Positions 8,342 through 14,287 of a stretch of DNA of 14,287 nt are shown here, piece by piece (the stretch's first letter is position 1; each line of letters starts with the position of its first letter). Source of the DNA: Paraphysomonas bandaiensis (lineage: Eukaryota > Protista > Chrysophyceae); NCBI GenBank assembly GCA_965644295.1, contig CBFFRP010000022.1, forward strand, positions 1-14,287, given 5' to 3'. Made by a program: the position numbers and the translations under genes. The notes beneath the pieces are model-generated. The model was not told the DNA's origin. It saw nothing but the letters and a program-made list of their open reading frames with translations, and did not search any database.

Positions 8342-11300
8342 CTACTTATCATTCTCTACTAATTGACGCTTCTTAGCCCGCGCTTGTGCACTATTGTCTT
8401 TAAGAATTCTAAAATATACGATCTTCAGTTATAGTATTCAACGCATCAGGATATCTTACTTGAACCACTCATCCCTAAGATTCGGTGTAGCACAAAAGCA
8501 AAACCATGACTGATCCTGCCCCTTGGATAAATCAACACCCTTAGGCCTGTATATTTTCATCACCTGCGGGATATGTAAGTTCATATTAATATATAGACGA
8601 AATATATGTACCTCAGCTTCGAGCATATACACATTGCAAATAGATAAGTCAATTACTTCTTTCGTTTTAATATCAGTCATATGACTATATATAATAAGAC
8701 ATCTGTCCACATAAGCATTTAGTCAGCAACAAAAAATCGGTGTATTATACCATACCCGTCCAAAATAACACACCAACAACGCTTCTTTGTCGAAGATATA
8801 AGAGCCTAATTATAAATATTAACCACAATGTATAATGTAATATGTCACGTCAAGCGAATAACAGAGTACTGTCCGTGAGACCAACACAACTTATGTAGTT
8901 AAGAGCAAACCTGCGGAAGAAAAAAAAGAGGTCCTGCAATTGAAGCTATAAAACTACTCGGAACAAGGGTCCAGAGTATTCGGCCACCAATATATCTTCG
9001 TGGTTTGTGCTTTGATTTTAACAGTAGACTACTACGCTTCGTTGTGGGTTCTACGAAATCCTCCATTTTCGAGACGTTATCATCCACAGTGATCTATAGA
9101 AAAGGTCAGATACAAGCACAGTGTGCTCAAAACATACACACACATACATTAGGATTTCGAACGTGTATCTGTAGTCTACTATTACTGTCACCCTTGGGTA
9201 TATCTTCTGGACCACATAACGATAAACCCTGACTTATAGTAGCAACCTGGCGCCAGATAAGCCAATTGTCAGGCTGAAATATAATAGAATTACGATTACG
9301 ACGACGGACAGACGAAGTTATATCTACGAACATGAATAGAGCTTTGACCAATGAGATATGCACGTGGCCAGTCCACAACCTTTATACAATAATGACAGCA
9401 GTAAATTTCCATCTTATGAATATACCTCAGAGACAGTGAAGTATATTGTTACATTCGCTGAAAGGGCAGGGAACAATATCATAGGTTTCGGAGGATATAT
9501 TTTGACTTTCAGAAATCTATCATTTTCACCCTCTAACACTCGAGCGAGGTCATCTATAATCTTAAAATACGCTGCAAAGAATTACAAGAGCAACAAAATA
9601 TAATCACGAGAACACCTGTATGCTGGCAAGTACTTGTCGAAGATGTAACAGATGATATGGAAGACTGTGATCGATACTGCTCACTCATAAAACTCCCAAA
9701 TCCGTCAGGATCAGAAGCAACATCACGCATAGGAACATCAATGCGATATAGCTGCATTGAATGTCAATATACTTCCCAATATTAAGTTAGTATAACAGTG
9801 ATTTACCTGTTTATCCTGCCCCGCTTCGACTTGGGTAGCAGACACCGTCAAAAATAATGTCTTTGAGGGAAAAGGAGCGCCATTCATATCCTGAAAATAC
9901 AACAGTTATCATACTGACAATTAAACAAAATACTTCTTACTTTAACAGGCATCTGAAGTTGATGAGAATTAGCTCCACATGTACTGGCTTTAATAGCACC
10001 CAACATAATAGCTTTCCTATCATATGCATAAGCTAGAAATCACTTAAGCACCACATTCCTACTTTGTTACAGGTATGTTCCCTTGAGTTCGCCTATCTAA
10101 ACCGCTGTGTAATGTGGCAATAGCTCCATTTGGCACTTCAGGACATTCGATATCCAGTACGTTCTTCGGAAACATATTTGCTCCAAACTACAAAGTATGA
10201 AATTCAAAGCTGATTTCTTGCAAAGCACACTAAGCTACCTGCCCAAAGACTCGTACAGATGGGTCAGGAAAAGATGACAATATTCCACTGCCCTGTAATA
10301 CCCATACATTACTATTCTAATAAGCAACACCAACAATCATACTTCGGTATCTTTAATATACAAAGTTAACTCATGCAGTCTTATGCGAACGGCTCGTTTC
10401 TGAGTGGTGCGCTCCTTTATGAGCGCCCGACGAAAGTTACGAGAGCGATGAAATCTCTGCATAGTAATAAGATGAATATGACTGCAGCTATATTCGAATT
10501 ACATACCTGGATTGCACGAGATGCCCTGGCCATATCCAAGAACTTTATCCTGCACAATTCTTAATAGTTGACAAATTGCATGTATTTCGTACATACCTTT
10601 TAGGAACCATTCTGACTAATGACTGTATAAGAATGACAGCTTTCTATGATTCAAATATTATTCCCAAGTGAAACATGTAGAATGACGGGTACACACCTTC
10701 GCGCGGTGTAGTGCAGTACAGCGCAAGTATTTACGGGTATAGAAATCGTTACTGACATTGACCTGTGTATACCGTTATAATGAATTGCATTAATATCTAT
10801 GAAACAACCTCATGTATGCAAAAAGGGCATACCCAGCGAATCTTACTCACTAAAGAAGGCGCTTCAAGACTTTCTCCTTTTGATTTCGTTCGTCTGGATT
10901 TAGCTGGCAAATCAGAGTTAAGAACCTTTGCTACACGACGACTTTCACTCCGTGGCAATTTTGCACCAGACTCAATAATCGGTGAGCTACATTTTTCTTC
11001 GGGCTCAGGGACAATGTAGTCTTCAATATTACTGACACAGTATCTGTGAACTACTACAGGGCAATGCTGACAACATATTCGTGTTGGTCCAACAGTGACC
11101 ATATTCCAGCACACCAAGCAGAAATTACTTTGCAATGTTGTATCCTAAAACAATTCGTAATTAAGGACAGCGTCATAAAACACACATCGTATACGCAATA
11201 CCTTAAACGGTTTAAGTCCGTCAACCTTATACAAGATGGGCTGAACAGGTTCTTCCAAGGTGACAGCAGTAGATGCATAGTCAAGATCAGAAGTAGCCCT

Positions 11301-11642
11301 TTTTCGACCAGAATCAGTATTCACACGAGAATATTCAGATGCAAATCGCGTTAGCCATCCACGTGGTCTATTCTCTATATACTTCTTTTTACTGCTCCAA
11401 TCAGATGCTTGAGAAGTAATAATTTCTTCCTCAGATGGGCCCTCGTCTTGTGTACTCCCACCAGTCACATCCCCATCATCAACACCATCATCTCTTATAG
11501 AATAACTATCAAGTATTTCTAAATATTTATCTCTATTTACATCATCACCAGAATTAATAGTATCTATCATCTGCTGAATCATTCCTGTCATTCTTTGAGA
11601 ATGAGCGATGGGGTCATTAACTATATTACTCCGCTTTCGCAT
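8342..11642 (-). CDS. Uncharacterised multidomain protein: acidic N-terminus, PHD-type zinc finger, 2 IQ motifs, possible C2-like region, C-terminal PH domain (~778 aa, 19 exons)
   Basis: Hand-spliced exons: 11642-11202, 11144-10809, 10762-10697, 10643-10597, 10549-10507, 10456-10343, 10292-10239, 10187-10063, 10016-9941, 9890-9807, 9751-9616, 9571-9426, 9379-9332, 9273-9148, 9093-8911, 8805-8756, 8702-8612, 8563-8460, 8408-8342. They total 2337 nt, open throughout, with all introns GT-AG. Motifs: CLVC..CQHC.H..C...WVCPFC; ILIQSLVRMVPKR; AIQRFHRSRNFRR; KKRCWCVILDGCLIIY...IDLS...LRDEWFKIL. The start codon is less certain. Confidence 0.82.
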
Positions 11643-11953
11643 AGTTAATAGTCTCCCTAACGTCAATCTACATATCTATTAATATATTCATATCGATAGC
11701 ATACTAATACTATCAAGAATTATAATGATTGACTCGTTTATGAACCCTCTATGCTCACTATTTAATACTCATGTCCATCAATGCCTATATATGCATCAGA
11801 TGCGTACGACAGATCTGTGTACATGTACATGTATATAATGAAACCGAAGTAAACATTATATTAGGGATTTTTAATAAATTATGTATTTTTTTTGTATAAT
11901 ATACCGGATTTTATAGAACAAGAAAACCATCGCTATCGTACACTGGTTTTACC
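11643..11953. promoter_or_regulatory. Short divergent intergenic region between the PH-domain gene and the PP2C gene
   Basis: ~310 bp separate ATG 11642 (-) and ATG 11954 (+). Contains the palindrome TGTACATGTACA (11818-11829) and an AT-rich tract. Confidence 0.5.
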
Positions 11954-13912
11954 ATGGGAGTGAGTGATTTGGCTGTCGTATACAGTGTACTGCAGCCTGT
12001 ACAGAGCAGTCCAACTCCAGCGGAACGTCGTCGTACGGTCTACAATATACGGGCCGGTAGTGGTTCAATACAATCCCAGCCCAGTCGTTATATACATATG
12101 CATATATAGAGATGCATCTCATTTAAAATCTCCAACTTGTGAAGTGTCGTATATAGTCCTAGTTTGGATTAACTGCAATAGTTTTTGGCTACATATCGTG
12201 TATATGGATAATATTTCCTCATGGTGTACCCCAGTGATTAATTCACTTAACGTGAATAGAGTGTATAGTCGTGTGGTATCAACAACACTGCCAGTAAACG
12301 ATAATGACAGTTTAGAAATTGAGTTAAAGGTATGATAGTCTATTTTATTAGTGTTAACATGATTGTGTGTTACTGTAAGTTACTTCCATGTGCGGACATC
12401 ATCCTCTCTGAGCCTCTTACTGTTACTTTTAATGTTCAAAAGGATTTCCCACAATCAGTTCCTCATATTGTAGTTGGAAGTGTTGACGTGTTTCATAATC
12501 TTGATATCAAGTTAGTAGGGAATGAAGTTTTAATTCCATGGCTGGAGAAAACGCAATGTGAGTGACGATGGATTAAGTATCTCTGTGTTTATGCCGATTT
12601 CGATAATGCAGATCCGCTATCTGTGTGGCTTTTCGCGATTCGACTCGCGTTACACAATACTGACTTCCATCCATGGTTTACGCCTGTTACTTTGCAACCT
12701 TCGTTTGCTATTAGAAATACCGGTGGTGTACACCAAGTACTCACAGGTCGTCAATGGAATAGGTATGATTCCTAGCGCTGATGTATGTTGCAGGTGGAAG
12801 CGCCGGTATTAAAGGACGCCGTGCCTACATGGAAGACATATGCTTCATGTTTCCATCAATCAATGTTTCTGGGAGGTTTTGTATTTCATTATATGGTGTA
12901 CTTGATGGCCATGGGGGCGATGAATGTGCGAAGTTTGTGGCAGAAGAATTACCAACTAATGTCGTATCCATACTACGGAGTGGAGTGGATTGCGCAGAAG
13001 GCCTTTATCAAGCGTATATCAGAACTGATGATGAGTTTTGTCAAAGCACTATGTCGAAAGCTGGCTGTACATCTACTGTTATGTTGTGGAATTGGTCAAC
13101 AGGCATGGCTTACGTTGCTAACTCGGGAGACACCCGGGCTGTTGTTAGTCGTCTCCGCACTGCGATTGATATAACCAGAGATATGAAGGCCACTGATCCC
13201 ATCGAAGTATCTCGAATAGCAAAAGATGGAGGTTTTGTTTCGAATGGTAGGGTTTTAGGATCTCTTGCAATTTCAAGGGCAATAGGTGATAAGCAATTAA
13301 AAGATACTAATAGTAAAGCGGTCATATGCAATCCTGAAGTAACCACATTTCAGTTTCAAAATGATGACGAATTTGTTTTGATGGCAACGGATGGTTTGTG
13401 GGATGTTATGTCTTCCCAGGTGAGTAAGTTATGCGTGATCCTAACGCGTACCTAATTCATTGCCTTGACTGGACAGCAAGCTGTTGATATGGTTCATGAG
13501 AAGTTATCAGAATGTAATTTGCAGTTAAATAGTGGTACGATGCCGTGAATGATTTTTATATATCTCAAGTTGTATTATATTAGGATCTGATTTCAATGAG
13601 AAACGATGTCAAACTGAGCTGGATAGAATATCTGTGGAACTAGCGAATTATGCATGCGACACTCTTAATAGTTCAGATAATATCTCAGTGTCAATCATTT
13701 TTGTGCGCCACATGAGTTCTGGACATAGAACTTCTGGGGAATACGTACGTGAGACATTTGTATCTCACGTTCCAGCTTCAGCTTCTCGGTCTGAAAGCAG
13801 CAGTAATAGAATTGCGAAGGAAATCGATGAAAAACCGAATGCTGATGCTAAAGTAGATTGCGACGACGATGACGAGATTATGAAGTTTCTAATGGACGAT
13901 TCAAACTTTTGA
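11954..13912 (+). CDS. PP2C/PPM-family protein phosphatase with an N-terminal UBC/UEV(RWD)-like domain (~510-530 aa)
   Basis: Model: 11954-11959, 12010-12056, 12110-12329 (may hide a further intron, e.g. 12200-12259), 12380-12557, 12612-12746, 12794-13419, 13477-13534, 13584-13912 (1599 nt, open). PP2C motifs are intact: GRRAYMED, DGHGG, ANSGDTR, LAISRAIGD, LMATDGLWDV, SSDNISV. The PP2C call is firm; the first three exons are tentative. Confidence 0.88.
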
Positions 13913-14287
13913 TGTTGTAAGAGCGTGCGAGTAGCTTTGGTGTTATGTAGTAATATAGAGTTATAGCAAGATAAATGAACGAATTATTTAGTAAATTCGA
14001 CTTGAATATTGAATAGAGGTATGGTTTTCCTTGTTTACAGAAAATGCCATGCGAGGACGAAATATGTATTTTACATGCTTATGGGGGAACTTATTCAAGT
14101 GTAATTATTTGTCCTTCTCATAGAAATATAATATATGTCTTGTAGCTCATTTTTACTGACAGTGATGAATCCCAAACAACGAAAAAACACAGTTACCAGA
14201 GGTTTCAGGTCTAAAGTGGGCATACTAGCCTAAATCCTAAATCGGATTTAGTTAGGGCCAGTCAATAACAGAAGTTGACATTATTTG

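Noticed and set aside
9005-11354. Plus-strand ORFs at 9005, 9358, 10373, 10765 and 11046, and minus ORF 11054-11284
   Set aside because: Antisense or off-frame overlaps of the 19-exon gene.
12110-12160. Stop-codon reassignment to rescue the MGSSPTPAERRR frame
   Set aside because: TAA, TAG and TGA all act as normal stops in the four genes, and an alternative acceptor resolves the frame.
12558-13346. ORFs 12558-12812, 12785-13174 and 13110-13346
   Set aside because: Off-frame or antisense to the spliced PP2C model; splice phases select a different frame for 12612-12746.

Overview
Intron-rich, AT-rich eukaryotic DNA (a stramenopile-like protist is my guess, not demonstrable here). It holds two head-to-head gene pairs separated by a ~4 kb transposon-derived island. 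Pair 1 is an intronless TTC16-like TPR gene (- strand) and a 7-exon PP1 catalytic subunit (+ strand, 329 aa). Pair 2 is a 19-exon ~778 aa protein with a split PHD finger, 2 IQ motifs, a possible C2 domain and a PH domain (- strand), and a PP2C phosphatase with an apparently Cys-less UBC/UEV-like N-terminal domain and a possible myristoylation start (+ strand). The island (~4570-7947) contains hAT-like termini, a frameshifted hAT transposase C-terminal remnant, a ~1.3 kb two-part inverted repeat, and a 652-bp MULE-type non-autonomous element with a perfect 9-bp TSD and possible captured cargo. Gene models were spliced by hand, and nearly all introns are 44-58 nt. I see no clear-cut new system. 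The best leads are the two unusual domain architectures in pair 2 and the Pack-MULE-like element.
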